Origin: Bdellovibrionota bacterium
Lineage (GTDB): Bacteria; Bdellovibrionota_G; JALEGL01; DATDPG01
DNA length: 64,000 nt
NCBI GenBank assembly: GCA_963668355.1
Contig: OY764265.1
Coordinates: forward strand, 96,001 to 160,000
Direction: 5' to 3'
Shown: positions 28,528 to 37,851 of the stretch, piece by piece
How positions within the stretch are numbered: position 1 is the first letter of the stretch
Layout of the letters: every line of letters begins with the position of its first letter
Notes under the pieces: generated by a model
Told to the model about the DNA's origin: nothing
The model's database searches: none
What the model saw: the letters and a program-made list of their open reading frames with translations, nothing else
Position numbers and translations under genes: made by a program

Positions 28528-29757
28528 GTGGGTTTACTAGACAAACAGACGATGGAGTGGAAAGAGAAAGCGCATCACGTAGCGGAGAGCGTTGTTCGGC
28601 CTGTAGCAGCAAAGTACGATGAGGCTCAAGAATATCCACAAGAAGTTAAAAAAGCCCTGATTGAAAATGACCTTCTGGGGGTTTGGATTCCCAAAGAATA
28701 TGGCGGACAAGGAGGTCGAATCATTGACCTTTGCGTGTGCGTAGAGGAACTCTCCCGAGCCTGTGGTGGCGTAGGCGTTCTCTATGCCGTAAACGCTTTA
28801 GGCTCTTTTCCCATCATCGTCGCTGGGACGGATGAGCAGAAAAAGCAGTACCTCCCCAAGGTGGCCAAAGGCGAAAAGCTCATTGCCTTCTGCCTTTCTG
28901 AAAAATTTGCCGGTTCAGATGCAGCCAGTCTCTATACGCCCGCCACTCCTGACGGAGAGGATTACATCATTCATGGTGAAAAGAAATGGACCACCAATGG
29001 CGGGGCAGCGGACCTGTACACGGTCTTTGCCGTAACCGACCCCACCTCCCGAAGTCGACGAATCAGTGCGTTTATGGTCGAAAGCGATAATCCCGGATTT
29101 TCCATCGGAAAAGTGGAAGATAAAATGGGCATCCGCTGCGTCCCCGTCGCAGAAACCGTATTCAATCAATGTCGTGTATCTAAAAATGCCCTACTGGGTG
29201 GAAAACCCGGACTGGGCTTCAAACATGCCATGATGACTTTGGACCGTGCCAGACCCGGTGTTGCGGCACAAGCCGTAGGCCTTGCGCAAGGAGCCTTGGA
29301 CTACGCCCTTCTCTACACCTCTGAGCGAAGACAATTTGGCCAAACCTTGGCCAGCATGCAAATGGTTCAACAAATGCTCGCGGAAATGTCGTGCAAAGTC
29401 GAAGCAGCTCGGCAACTGGTTTATACCGCCGCCCGCGCCCTTCAAGAAGGCGATCCCGCTTCCAATCGATTGGCCGCTCAATGCAAATATTTCGCAACAG
29501 AAACCGCGATGGAAGTGACAACCAAATCAGTTCAGCTCTTTGGTGGATACGGCTACATGCGCGATTATCCCATTGAGAAATACATGCGAGATGCCAAGAT
29601 CACACAGATCTACGAAGGCACCAACCAGGTCCAACTCTTGGTCGTAGCACGCAATTTAATTAAGTCCGTGAGCACACTCAAACATCTAAAGAAGTATCTT
29701 CCCGAAGAAACCCAACTCGGCGTAAGCAAAGAAGACCTCGAAGCTCGCGAAAAATAA
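28528..29757 (+). CDS. Acyl-CoA dehydrogenase
   Basis: FCLSE..AGSD, KKWTTNG, KMGIR, GGYGY and IYEGT motifs. Confidence 0.95.
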   Translation: MGLLDKQTMEWKEKAHHVAESVVRPVAAKYDEAQEYPQEVKKALIENDLLGVWIPKEYGGQGGRIIDLCVCVEELSRACGGVGVLYAVNALGSFPIIVAGTDEQKKQYLPKVAKGEKLIAFCLSEKFAGSDAASLYTPATPDGEDYIIHGEKKWTTNGGAADLYTVFAVTDPTSRSRRISAFMVESDNPGFSIGKVEDKMGIRCVPVAETVFNQCRVSKNALLGGKPGLGFKHAMMTLDRARPGVAAQAVGLAQGALDYALLYTSERRQFGQTLASMQMVQQMLAEMSCKVEAARQLVYTAARALQEGDPASNRLAAQCKYFATETAMEVTTKSVQLFGGYGYMRDYPIEKYMRDAKITQIYEGTNQVQLLVVARNLIKSVSTLKHLKKYLPEETQLGVSKEDLEAREK

Positions 29758-29778
29758 ACGTGCGTTTGTGAGACGATC

Positions 29779-29799
29779 AAAAGTGAAACGTTCACTTTT
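29779..29799. terminator. Putative bidirectional terminator hairpin
   Basis: AAAAGTGAA-ACG-TTCACTTTT between convergent genes; weak, AT-rich stem. Confidence 0.5.
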
Positions 29800-29805
29800 G
29801 GTAGG

Positions 29806-31545
29806 TTATTGGCCGTCCCAACCGGCCAGGCGGGCCATCATCCACCAAAAGGCTTTTCCTTTTCGAACGCAGTTGAAAGGGTGCGAGTGGGCACAAGAGC
29901 CCGGTAAGCTCTGACAATCATCTGGATGGGCGGAGCACCAGTCTGCGCACCATGAGCAGGCATCCGTCGTATTCGGATAATAGTTTCCGTTCGGGTCATA
30001 ACTCTCGATATCGGCGAAATCGAAAAGGACCTTTCCATTGGCCACCACATAGTCTCGAACCATTTCATTGTTTCGTTCCAAGGTGGCACTTCCCCCGTCC
30101 GTGTGACCCGTCATGTAAATAAACCGCATATCCGGATATTCGGACTCCAGTTGATCCATTTGACTCAAATAGAACTCCACTTTGGCTTCTGAATTGGAGG
30201 ATTGTTGTCCGCACCAGGACCACATGGAAAAGTCATAACTTCCGGTATCTGCCACGCTCCTCGTTCGATCCAAGGCATTAGCAGCAATCTGCGTATCCCA
30301 ATAGTCCTCTGGAGTGATGTACGTTTCAGGAGGATTTCCATCATACATCCGCAATGCTGGGGGGTTTTCGACCGGAGGCAAACCTTCTGTACCGTCCGCC
30401 CGCCGAGCAAAACTATATGTCGAATCCACGCCTTCCAACCAAGACGCTCCTGAATTCAATTGACTGCCATGAGAGGTATGCGCGTAGTGAATGGTCAAGA
30501 GTTTGGCTTGCTCAAGCCAATATGAAGGAATGTCCTCAAACGCATCCACAGCATGATGATCCACGACGATATGAGAACCCGGTTGAGAGGCCTCATTAAT
30601 ATAGAGGGTGACCGTAGCCGAGTCACTCCATAATTCCCCGTCCGTCACTCGAAAACGGAATTGATCGGTCCCTGAAAAATCTTCGTCCGGTTCATAGACC
30701 ACGGAACCGGTCTCCTCGTTAAAATTGGAAAGGCTTCCATGGCTGGGGTGCGAAAGCAGCTCGAAGTCAATATCGGTTCCTTCAGGATCTTGTCCTTGGA
30801 GCGAAAAACTCAAGGTTCCATTTTCTGTCATGCTTCGCGAAAAAGAAATGGCCACAGGGGGTTGGTTCTCCTGTTCAACGGTTAAACTCACCGTCGCCCA
30901 TCCGCTGAAATTCTCTCCATCAAACACGCGATACGTAAAAGAGTCCGAACCCGCCGAAGTCCCGGCGGTGTACTGAACTTCACCGGTGTTTGGATTGAGA
31001 CCTTGAAGACTTCCCCTGGAAGGCGGAGTGCCCACTTCGAAGGTCAATTCTTCAGGTCCTTGATCCGGATCATTTCCCAAAAGTTGAATGGAAACGGTTT
31101 CGCCGACCATCACAACCGATTCAAAGGTAAAGCTTTGAGCTTCCGGAGGCCGATTCGTCGAAGAAGAGGCCAGCACCTGGATCTCAATGACTGCGTCTGT
31201 ACTGGTCGTTTGGCCGTCAGTTACACAAAAATGAAAACGATCTCCCCCCAACGCATTTGATTGAAAGGCAAGCGTTCCTTCATCCTCATCAAAATCTAAA
31301 AGCGTTCCGTTCTCGGGTTGTCGCGTAATGATGTACCGAAGCCCTTCGGGTCCTTGAACAGGATCATGAGCGGTTAACTGAATCGAAAGCCTCAACCCTT
31401 GAACAATCTGAAATTGATTGGACTCAGCCGTCGGCGAATGATTTTCCTGACTCAAGCCTTCTTGGGTGACATCCAGGTTGCTCCGCACCAAATCTTGGCA
31501 CGCCACCAAAGACAAACACATCAGAGATAAAAGAAAACGATTCAT
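29806..31545 (-). CDS. Lipoprotein with three Ig/cadherin-like (Big_9-type) repeats and a C-terminal HTSHGSQ putative hydrolase domain
   Basis: Lipobox LVAC; three N-x-P-x-A...DP...D-x-F-x-(F/Y)-x-V-x-DG repeats; C-terminal domain paralogous to 35847-36785. Confidence 0.8.
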   Translation of the reverse strand: MNRFLLSLMCLSLVACQDLVRSNLDVTQEGLSQENHSPTAESNQFQIVQGLRLSIQLTAHDPVQGPEGLRYIITRQPENGTLLDFDEDEGTLAFQSNALGGDRFHFCVTDGQTTSTDAVIEIQVLASSSTNRPPEAQSFTFESVVMVGETVSIQLLGNDPDQGPEELTFEVGTPPSRGSLQGLNPNTGEVQYTAGTSAGSDSFTYRVFDGENFSGWATVSLTVEQENQPPVAISFSRSMTENGTLSFSLQGQDPEGTDIDFELLSHPSHGSLSNFNEETGSVVYEPDEDFSGTDQFRFRVTDGELWSDSATVTLYINEASQPGSHIVVDHHAVDAFEDIPSYWLEQAKLLTIHYAHTSHGSQLNSGASWLEGVDSTYSFARRADGTEGLPPVENPPALRMYDGNPPETYITPEDYWDTQIAANALDRTRSVADTGSYDFSMWSWCGQQSSNSEAKVEFYLSQMDQLESEYPDMRFIYMTGHTDGGSATLERNNEMVRDYVVANGKVLFDFADIESYDPNGNYYPNTTDACSWCADWCSAHPDDCQSLPGSCAHSHPFNCVRKGKAFWWMMARLAGWDGQ

Positions 31546-31569
31546 GTTCAAAACCGTCTTTTACTCTCT

Positions 31570-31584
31570 TCAAAATTTGGGCCA
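31570..31584 (-). promoter_or_regulatory. Possible sigma54 promoter (variant -12)
   Basis: Minus strand TGGCCC-AAATT-TTGA, about 25 nt upstream of ATG 31545. Confidence 0.4.
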
Positions 31585-31641
31585 GATTCCAAGGCAGAGA
31601 TGTATGTTTTTTTCTTTATTTTCAGCTACTTAAAAGTCCAG

Positions 31642-31667
31642 TCCAGGCAGAAACATTTCTGCCTGGA
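31642..31667. repeat. Perfect 12-2-12 palindrome TCCAGGCAGAAA-CA-TTTCTGCCTGGA
   Basis: Seen directly between the 31715 stop and the downstream lipoprotein promoter; terminator or activator site. Confidence 0.65.
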
Positions 31668-31714
31668 AATTCCGACACAAAAATTCGTAGATTGTGAAAA
31701 AAGGTCAATCGGGC

Positions 31715-32176
31715 CTATTTTCTCACTTCCAGAGTCACGGTTCCCAGCGTCGCTCCTGCAACTTCCATATCCTTATAGGCTTCAACATGAAACGTTCCCG
31801 TAGACTTGGGAACAAAGGTAAACACGCGGTGCTCATCCTGACCCGCTTTCCGAGTTCGAGAAAACTTCACAGAACCCGGCCTTTTTTTGGCTCGATCTTC
31901 TTCAACCTCTCGAAGATTTCGAAACGACGTTTCGTCTCCCGGTTGGGTCAAGCGAACTTCAATATTATACCGATTCGTGTCGACATACTTGTAGTCGACC
32001 TTCATGAAGATGCGATGTTCCTTCCGAGACTCTTGCAATGGAATTTCAAATTCCACATGCCCATTTTCGAATTTTTTCGAGGCTTGGTAGATGACCTCCC
32101 CTTTTTGATCACACGAAAGCACAAAAAGAAAAGAGCACAATAAAACCCAAGGAACGAAACGAAGATGGGTTTTCAT
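31715..32176 (-). CDS. Hypothetical lipoprotein (beta-rich)
   Basis: Lipobox VLSC; AAGGAG RBS; last gene of the OPT operon. Confidence 0.7.
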   Translation of the reverse strand: MKTHLRFVPWVLLCSFLFVLSCDQKGEVIYQASKKFENGHVEFEIPLQESRKEHRIFMKVDYKYVDTNRYNIEVRLTQPGDETSFRNLREVEEDRAKKRPGSVKFSRTRKAGQDEHRVFTFVPKSTGTFHVEAYKDMEVAGATLGTVTLEVRK

Positions 32177-32188
32177 AACCGTTCTCCT

Positions 32189-33424
32189 TTACTGAAGAGC
32201 AATATGTGCAAAGACCTTTGTATCTCCAACCATGTTCTCAATGATGCAATATTCATTGGGCGAATGCATGGTCTCATGCATTTTACTCCAACAAGCCGCA
32301 GGGATTCCCGCATGACGGAAGAAAGCGGCCACAGTTCCACCGCCGACACCCACAGGGCGAGCTTTCACATGATATACATCCTGAACGGCCAGCTCTAAGG
32401 ACTTCACCACTTGCGCATCTAAACGGGTAGCAGGGGCTGCATCTGCTCGTTGCGGATGCGTATATTCCACCATTACGCCATGTTCTTTTTTCACGTCGGC
32501 CACGATCTCATCAATCGTTTTAACCACCTCATCCACCGAATAGTCGGGCAAGATTCGACAATCGAAACTGAAACGATCTTCGGCCGGGACCGTATTGATA
32601 TTGGGAACATTCGCTTCTTTTTTGGTCGGCGTAAATGTACTCATGGGAGGATCATATAAGTCGTCTTGCTTGTTGTACTTTTCATGAAGTGTCTTATGAA
32701 GGCGCAGAATGAGATCCGCTCCCGCCAGATGGGCGTTGATTCCTTTTCCGGGTGTACTTCCGTGTGTCTGCTTTCCTTTCAGAACAAACTCGATCCAAAG
32801 AATAGATTTTTCGGCGATTTCAATGATGTCACCCTCTGCACTTCCCATGTCCGGAACCACCACAAGATCTTGTGGTTTAAACGCTTTGGACTTTTCAATC
32901 ACGGGACCAATGCCAAACTGACTGCCATTTTCTTCATCGGCGACAATCGCAACGGCATAATCATGTTTCGGCTTAATGCCCAATTCCTTGAAGGCCTTCA
33001 TGGCAAAAACGCTGCCCGTCATTCCTTGTTGGTTGTCCTCCACGCCTCGGCCATAGAGTTTTCCATCTCGAACTTCCACTTTCCACGGATCGGACTTCCA
33101 TTCACTGCGATCCCCTTCGGGAACCACATCCATATGACTCATGACCCAAATGGTTTTCGAGCGATCTTCACCTTCAATTCGAGCCAAAATGCTGGGACGC
33201 GTGCCCTCGGGGGCGGCAGGATCGTCCACTTCAACAATCTGTACGTCTTCCGCACCAAATTCTTTGAGGTACTTCTCAATCAACTTACACTTCTTCCATT
33301 CTCCTTCTCCCCCACTGACGGGGCTGATGGCAGGGATAGCCGTGATCGCCGTTTGAAATTCAATCATTTCATCCCGATAGCTTTCAATTTTTTCACAAAC
33401 TTTTTTAAAATTATCTTGATTCAT
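32189..33424 (-). CDS. M20/DapE-ArgE-family metallo-hydrolase
   Basis: SHMDVVP, GRGVED, ADEE, AEK and terminal MHSPNE motifs. Confidence 0.92.
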   Translation of the reverse strand: MNQDNFKKVCEKIESYRDEMIEFQTAITAIPAISPVSGGEGEWKKCKLIEKYLKEFGAEDVQIVEVDDPAAPEGTRPSILARIEGEDRSKTIWVMSHMDVVPEGDRSEWKSDPWKVEVRDGKLYGRGVEDNQQGMTGSVFAMKAFKELGIKPKHDYAVAIVADEENGSQFGIGPVIEKSKAFKPQDLVVVPDMGSAEGDIIEIAEKSILWIEFVLKGKQTHGSTPGKGINAHLAGADLILRLHKTLHEKYNKQDDLYDPPMSTFTPTKKEANVPNINTVPAEDRFSFDCRILPDYSVDEVVKTIDEIVADVKKEHGVMVEYTHPQRADAAPATRLDAQVVKSLELAVQDVYHVKARPVGVGGGTVAAFFRHAGIPAACWSKMHETMHSPNEYCIIENMVGDTKVFAHIALQ

Positions 33425-33427
33425 TTC

Positions 33428-33781
33428 TCACGGTCCTTTCACATCAATCACATTCGCTCTTTCGAGCTGTGCAATAAACACATTTAAACGATCGAACACG
33501 GGTTCCACGCGTTCCCCAAATTTCTGCTTCAACGAATCCCCAATCTCTTGAACAGAGGTGTCTCCATCCAATCGCCGCCAAATGAACGTACCAACTTCGT
33601 CCAGGCTGATTCGATGATAAGGTTTTCGAACTTTTCCCATGAGCCACCGGCCCAAAGCATGCTCTCCAAATCGAGGAACGAGAATATCTTCGTTCCCGGA
33701 CTCTTGAGTTTCCGACCTCCTCAGCGCCAAAGGGCGAAGATCGAGCAAATTCAGAGGTTCTTGTTTATTCTTTCTTGGCAT
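33428..33781 (-). CDS. PqqD-family (RiPP recognition element-like) protein
   Basis: LDEVGTFIWRRLDG..SVQEI...F...F..QL...I pattern typical of the PqqD/RRE winged helix. Confidence 0.8.
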   Translation of the reverse strand: MPRKNKQEPLNLLDLRPLALRRSETQESGNEDILVPRFGEHALGRWLMGKVRKPYHRISLDEVGTFIWRRLDGDTSVQEIGDSLKQKFGERVEPVFDRLNVFIAQLERANVIDVKGP

Positions 33782-35741
33782 TCTTCAACGGAATGGCAAT
33801 CAGCACATAAGCCAACACGGCAAAGACGATGATGGCCGGCCAAGCGCCCGTATAGATGGGTGAAAATTTCAAGAAGGTAAACTTGTCGCTCAAGATCACC
33901 ACGACCGCAATGAGAACGCCCAACAAGGCCTCTCCTGCAACCAAACCGGAAGCCAACAAGGTGCCCACATTGTCCGCACGCTCACGCTGAGACGGTTCTA
34001 GCTTTCGTTGTTTCATCCGACGTTCGATGATCCATTTGATCATGCCGCCCACAAAAATGGCTGCCGTTGTGTCGAAGGGAAGGTACATCCCCACAGCAAT
34101 GATCATGGGGCTGGGGGCACCAATGAAAATCAAGGCCACAGCAAACATCATCCCAAAGATGACCAATGGCCAAGCCATTTGCTGCGCCACGATTCCTTTG
34201 GCCATCATGGCCATGAGACCGGCTTGAGGAGCAGGGAGAATATCCCCTCCCAATCCATAAGCTTTGTGAAGCGCCAAAATGGGAAAGACCATGACCAAGG
34301 CCGCGAAAAAGACTCCGATCATTTCGGCCACTTCCATCTTCCAAGGGGTTCCTCCCAGGATATGACCGACTTTTAGGTCTTGCATCATGTCGCCCGCAAC
34401 TCCCGCACTACAGCACACCACCGCAGCCACGCCCAAAACGGCAGCCACTCCGGGAGCTCCCTTCACGCCCATTAAGACCATGAGAACGGCCGCAATCAAT
34501 AAGGTCGACAGCGTCAAACCGCTGATGGGGTTGGAGCTGGATCCAATGACCCCCACCAAGTATCCGGCCACGGCCGCAAACAAAAACGCTGCGACCAACA
34601 TCACGGCTCCAGCCACAATGGCGACGGAAAAGCTATGGCTGAAGTTGTGGTACACCAACACCATAAAAATGAATGCAGCGCCAACCCCCAGAAGGATCTT
34701 TTTTAAGCCTATGTCGCGATCCGTTCGTTTTAGTGCGCTGGTTCCAGACTTCATGGCTTTCATGTCCGAAATGGCTTTGCCGATACCAGACACCAAAGCC
34801 CCGCGAAGTTTAAAAAGTGTATGGAAAGAAGCTACGATCATGGTACCAACCGCAATCGGTCGAACCATGTTTCCAGCCACAGCACCCCCGGCACCAACCC
34901 AGTCAACCAATCCCCCTTCAGAAACGAAGCTGCTCACCAACTCGGGATTAAAGAAAACCAGCATGGGCACAAACACCCACCAAGCCAATACCCCGCCTGA
35001 AAACGTAAGGGTCGAAAGCTTCGGCCCAATGATGTAGCCCACACCGATCAATGCAGGACTGGCCAAGGGCGTATCGAAAAACAAGGCTCCTTTATAGGAG
35101 ATTTTATCGGCCGCCACTTTTCCAATTTTTACGGTGGAAGCTGAAAACTCACTGACCCAACCGGTCGAAGAGCTAAACAGTTGGAAGGCCTTGGAGTTCT
35201 TGAAAAGTTCAATCAACGCCGCCAAACCCATTGTGCCAAACACGTACTTGGCGCCAGATCCACCTTTTTGTCCGGCTTTGACAATCTCTGCACAAGCCAC
35301 ACTTTCTGGAAAAGGAAGGTCAGCTTCCTGAACCAAACTTCGGCGAAGGAGTGTCACCAGGAGAACGCCCAAAACACCTCCCACCAACATGACGGAAGTG
35401 GACTTCCAATAATAGAGCGTTTCCCATAGCGGCTTTCCATCAATCTCCACCATGACAAATGCAGGAATCGTAAAGATTGCCCCTGCGACCAAAGCTTCTC
35501 CGACGCTCGCCGTGGTTCGAGCCAGGTTTTCCTCAAGAATGTTTCCTTTGAATAAACGAAGAATGGCCATGGAAACCACAGCTGCTGGAAACGTAGCCGC
35601 CACCGTCATACCCGCTTTGAGCCCCAGATACGCATTGGCTGCCCCGAGAACAATGGCCATGCCTACCCCTAAGAACAACGCCTTAAATGTAAACTCCTTC
35701 ATGGAGCTGTCTTGGGGTACATAAGGTTTGTATTCTGACAT
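33765..35741 (-). CDS. OPT-family oligopeptide transporter
   Basis: ANAYLGLKAG, LPFPES, GSSSNPISG, DMMQDLKVG and PAPQAG motifs; many TM helices. Confidence 0.95.
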   Translation of the reverse strand: MSEYKPYVPQDSSMKEFTFKALFLGVGMAIVLGAANAYLGLKAGMTVAATFPAAVVSMAILRLFKGNILEENLARTTASVGEALVAGAIFTIPAFVMVEIDGKPLWETLYYWKSTSVMLVGGVLGVLLVTLLRRSLVQEADLPFPESVACAEIVKAGQKGGSGAKYVFGTMGLAALIELFKNSKAFQLFSSSTGWVSEFSASTVKIGKVAADKISYKGALFFDTPLASPALIGVGYIIGPKLSTLTFSGGVLAWWVFVPMLVFFNPELVSSFVSEGGLVDWVGAGGAVAGNMVRPIAVGTMIVASFHTLFKLRGALVSGIGKAISDMKAMKSGTSALKRTDRDIGLKKILLGVGAAFIFMVLVYHNFSHSFSVAIVAGAVMLVAAFLFAAVAGYLVGVIGSSSNPISGLTLSTLLIAAVLMVLMGVKGAPGVAAVLGVAAVVCCSAGVAGDMMQDLKVGHILGGTPWKMEVAEMIGVFFAALVMVFPILALHKAYGLGGDILPAPQAGLMAMMAKGIVAQQMAWPLVIFGMMFAVALIFIGAPSPMIIAVGMYLPFDTTAAIFVGGMIKWIIERRMKQRKLEPSQRERADNVGTLLASGLVAGEALLGVLIAVVVILSDKFTFLKFSPIYTGAWPAIIVFAVLAYVLIAIPLKNAKKE

Positions 35742-35846
35742 AATCTTCTCCCGCCTACTGGTTACGTTCTGCTTTATTAACGGCAGACGAAGCCACAGGC
35801 AAGATTTTTACCCCTCGCAGCAAACGACAAAAAAGTATGATTTTAA

Positions 35847-36785
35847 TTAGTTAGCGGATTCTCCGTCCCAACCCGCCAGGCGGGCCATCATCCACCAGAA
35901 GGCTTTGGCTTTTTGAACGCACGTAAAACCTTGAGAGTGTGCGCATCCGGGCAGATTCTGGCAATCCCAATCATCACTGTGAGAGGCACACCAGTCCGAA
36001 CACCACTCGCAATACCCTTCAGAATTATTATCGTATGGCCCGTTTCCATCCGGGTCGTAGCTCTCAATATCAGCAAAGTCGAAGAGGACCTTGTTGTTGG
36101 CAACGACATAATCGCGTACCGCTTCATTGTTCCGTTGAAGTGTCTCAGTTCCGCCATCCGTATGACCTGTCATATAAATGAACCGCATATTCGGATATTC
36201 TGATTCAAGCTGGTCTAGCTGGCTTAAATACAAGCTCACTTTTTCTTCTGAATTGCTCGATTGTTGGCCACACCAAGACCACATCGAAAAATCGTAGTGT
36301 CCGCTATCTGCAACAGCTCTCGTTTCATCCATGGCTTGAGATCTTATTTCAGTATCCCAATAGCGCTCAGGAGTAACATAGGTGTCGGCTGGGTTACCAT
36401 CGTACATGCGAATCGCAGGATCATCTCCCTCGGGTGGCAGTCCTTCATCTGTTGAGGCTCTGCGAGCAAAAGAATAGCTATACGAAAGATTCTGATTGTT
36501 GAACCACTCTGCACCTGAATTGATCTGACTTCCATGTGACGTGTGCGCGTAATGAATCGTCAATAATTTTGCCGCATCCAGCCACTCCTGTGGAATGTTC
36601 TCAAATTCATCAGCCGACGTGTGATCGGCGATGATGGCCCCGGTCGCACCGTCACCCCCACTGCTGCTGGTACTTCCTCCGCTGCTGCTCGTCGAATTTG
36701 TAACCGAATCGTTACATGCAGCGAATAAAAAGGTGAGAAGAAAGGCTCCTAAGGTAATCGTTTGTCGCTTGATTCGGGCATTCAT
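35847..36785 (-). CDS. Lipoprotein, stand-alone HTSHGSQ putative hydrolase domain after a Ser/Gly linker
   Basis: Lipobox FAAC; strongly similar to the C-terminal domain of 29806-31545 (YAHTSHGSQ, MWSWCGQQSSNSE, AFWWMMARLAGWDG). Confidence 0.82.
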   Translation of the reverse strand: MNARIKRQTITLGAFLLTFLFAACNDSVTNSTSSSGGSTSSSGGDGATGAIIADHTSADEFENIPQEWLDAAKLLTIHYAHTSHGSQINSGAEWFNNQNLSYSYSFARRASTDEGLPPEGDDPAIRMYDGNPADTYVTPERYWDTEIRSQAMDETRAVADSGHYDFSMWSWCGQQSSNSEEKVSLYLSQLDQLESEYPNMRFIYMTGHTDGGTETLQRNNEAVRDYVVANNKVLFDFADIESYDPDGNGPYDNNSEGYCEWCSDWCASHSDDWDCQNLPGCAHSQGFTCVQKAKAFWWMMARLAGWDGESAN

Positions 36786-36824
36786 ACCTAACCATTATCG
36801 TACGTGAGTCCGTTTTGAGGAAGG

Positions 36825-36849
36825 AGAATCTAGATTCTTTAGGTATAAT
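36825..36849 (+). promoter_or_regulatory. 14-bp palindrome next to a TATAAT -10 box upstream of cysE
   Basis: AGAATCTAGATTCT at 36825-36838; TATAAT at 36844-36849. Confidence 0.45.
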
Positions 36850-36894
36850 CCTACGTTAGCTTCGCCAAAAGGATTCTAACGACAGGATTTTCTT

Positions 36895-37851
36895 ATGAAA
36901 CGTCATCCCATTTCTGAAAAACTTTCCAAAGTCACGAAACAACTCGTGGACACCTACGCCCTAAGCACAAAGGTGGAAAAGCGAACGGCCTTTCATCTTT
37001 CCCTCCCCTCCCGGACCGCCACGACTAAAATCATTCAAGCGCTCTTTTCAGTTTTTTATCCGGGGTATCATGGGAAAGAATACTTGGACCGGAACAATGT
37101 TTCTTTCCATGTTGGCTCTCTCCTGGATGACATCGCGGCCGAGATTTCCGTTCAAATTTTCCGCGCCTTTGAATACGAATGTCTTAATGCCAAAAGTACC
37201 TGTACGGATTGTGGAAAAAAGACGGAAAAAGTCGTTGAACAATTTTTTCAAAAGCTTCCGGCCATTCGAAAAGAGCTGATGTTGGATGTTCAGGCGGCAT
37301 ACGATGGAGACCCCGCCGCCAAGAATCTTTCGGAAATCATTTTCTCGTACCCCGGACTTCAAGCCATCACGATTTACCGTGTGGCCCATGTCCTTCATGC
37401 TTTGGGCGTCCCCCTCTTGCCTCGAATCATGACGGAATATGCTCACTCGGAAACCGGAATTGACATTCACCCGGCGGCCCAAATTGGAAAGTCTTTTTTC
37501 ATTGATCACGGTACAGGAGTCGTGATTGGCGAAACCACGATCATTGGGAAAAAAGTGCGAATCTATCAAGGGGTCACGCTTGGAGGTCTTTCCATGAAAA
37601 AAGGGAAAGATGGAAAAATGATACGCGGAACGAAACGTCACCCTACCATCTGTGATGATGTCGTGATCTATGCCGGGGCCACCATTCTGGGGGGCGAAAC
37701 AATCATCGGCAAAGGCGCCATCATTGGCGGAAATACATGGGTCATCGAGTCGGTTCCCGCCTTCACAAAAGTGATGAATGAAACTCGATCCACACGAATG
37801 GAATCAAAAACCTCAGCTCTCGCGAAAAAGCGAAAAGGAAAAACAAAATGA
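36895..37851 (+). CDS. cysE: Serine O-acetyltransferase (EpsC-type)
   Basis: GDPAA, GIDIHP, IDHGTGVVIGET and KRHPT motifs. Confidence 0.93.
   Translation: MKRHPISEKLSKVTKQLVDTYALSTKVEKRTAFHLSLPSRTATTKIIQALFSVFYPGYHGKEYLDRNNVSFHVGSLLDDIAAEISVQIFRAFEYECLNAKSTCTDCGKKTEKVVEQFFQKLPAIRKELMLDVQAAYDGDPAAKNLSEIIFSYPGLQAITIYRVAHVLHALGVPLLPRIMTEYAHSETGIDIHPAAQIGKSFFIDHGTGVVIGETTIIGKKVRIYQGVTLGGLSMKKGKDGKMIRGTKRHPTICDDVVIYAGATILGGETIIGKGAIIGGNTWVIESVPAFTKVMNETRSTRMESKTSALAKKRKGKTK

Noticed and set aside
33428..33781. PQQ or RiPP biosynthetic cluster
   Set aside because: No pqqA/B/C/E, radical SAM, cyclase or precursor gene nearby.
36847..36889. Possible RBS-sequestering hairpin upstream of cysE
   Set aside because: The left arm overlaps the TATAAT box and would largely not be transcribed; the pairing is imperfect.
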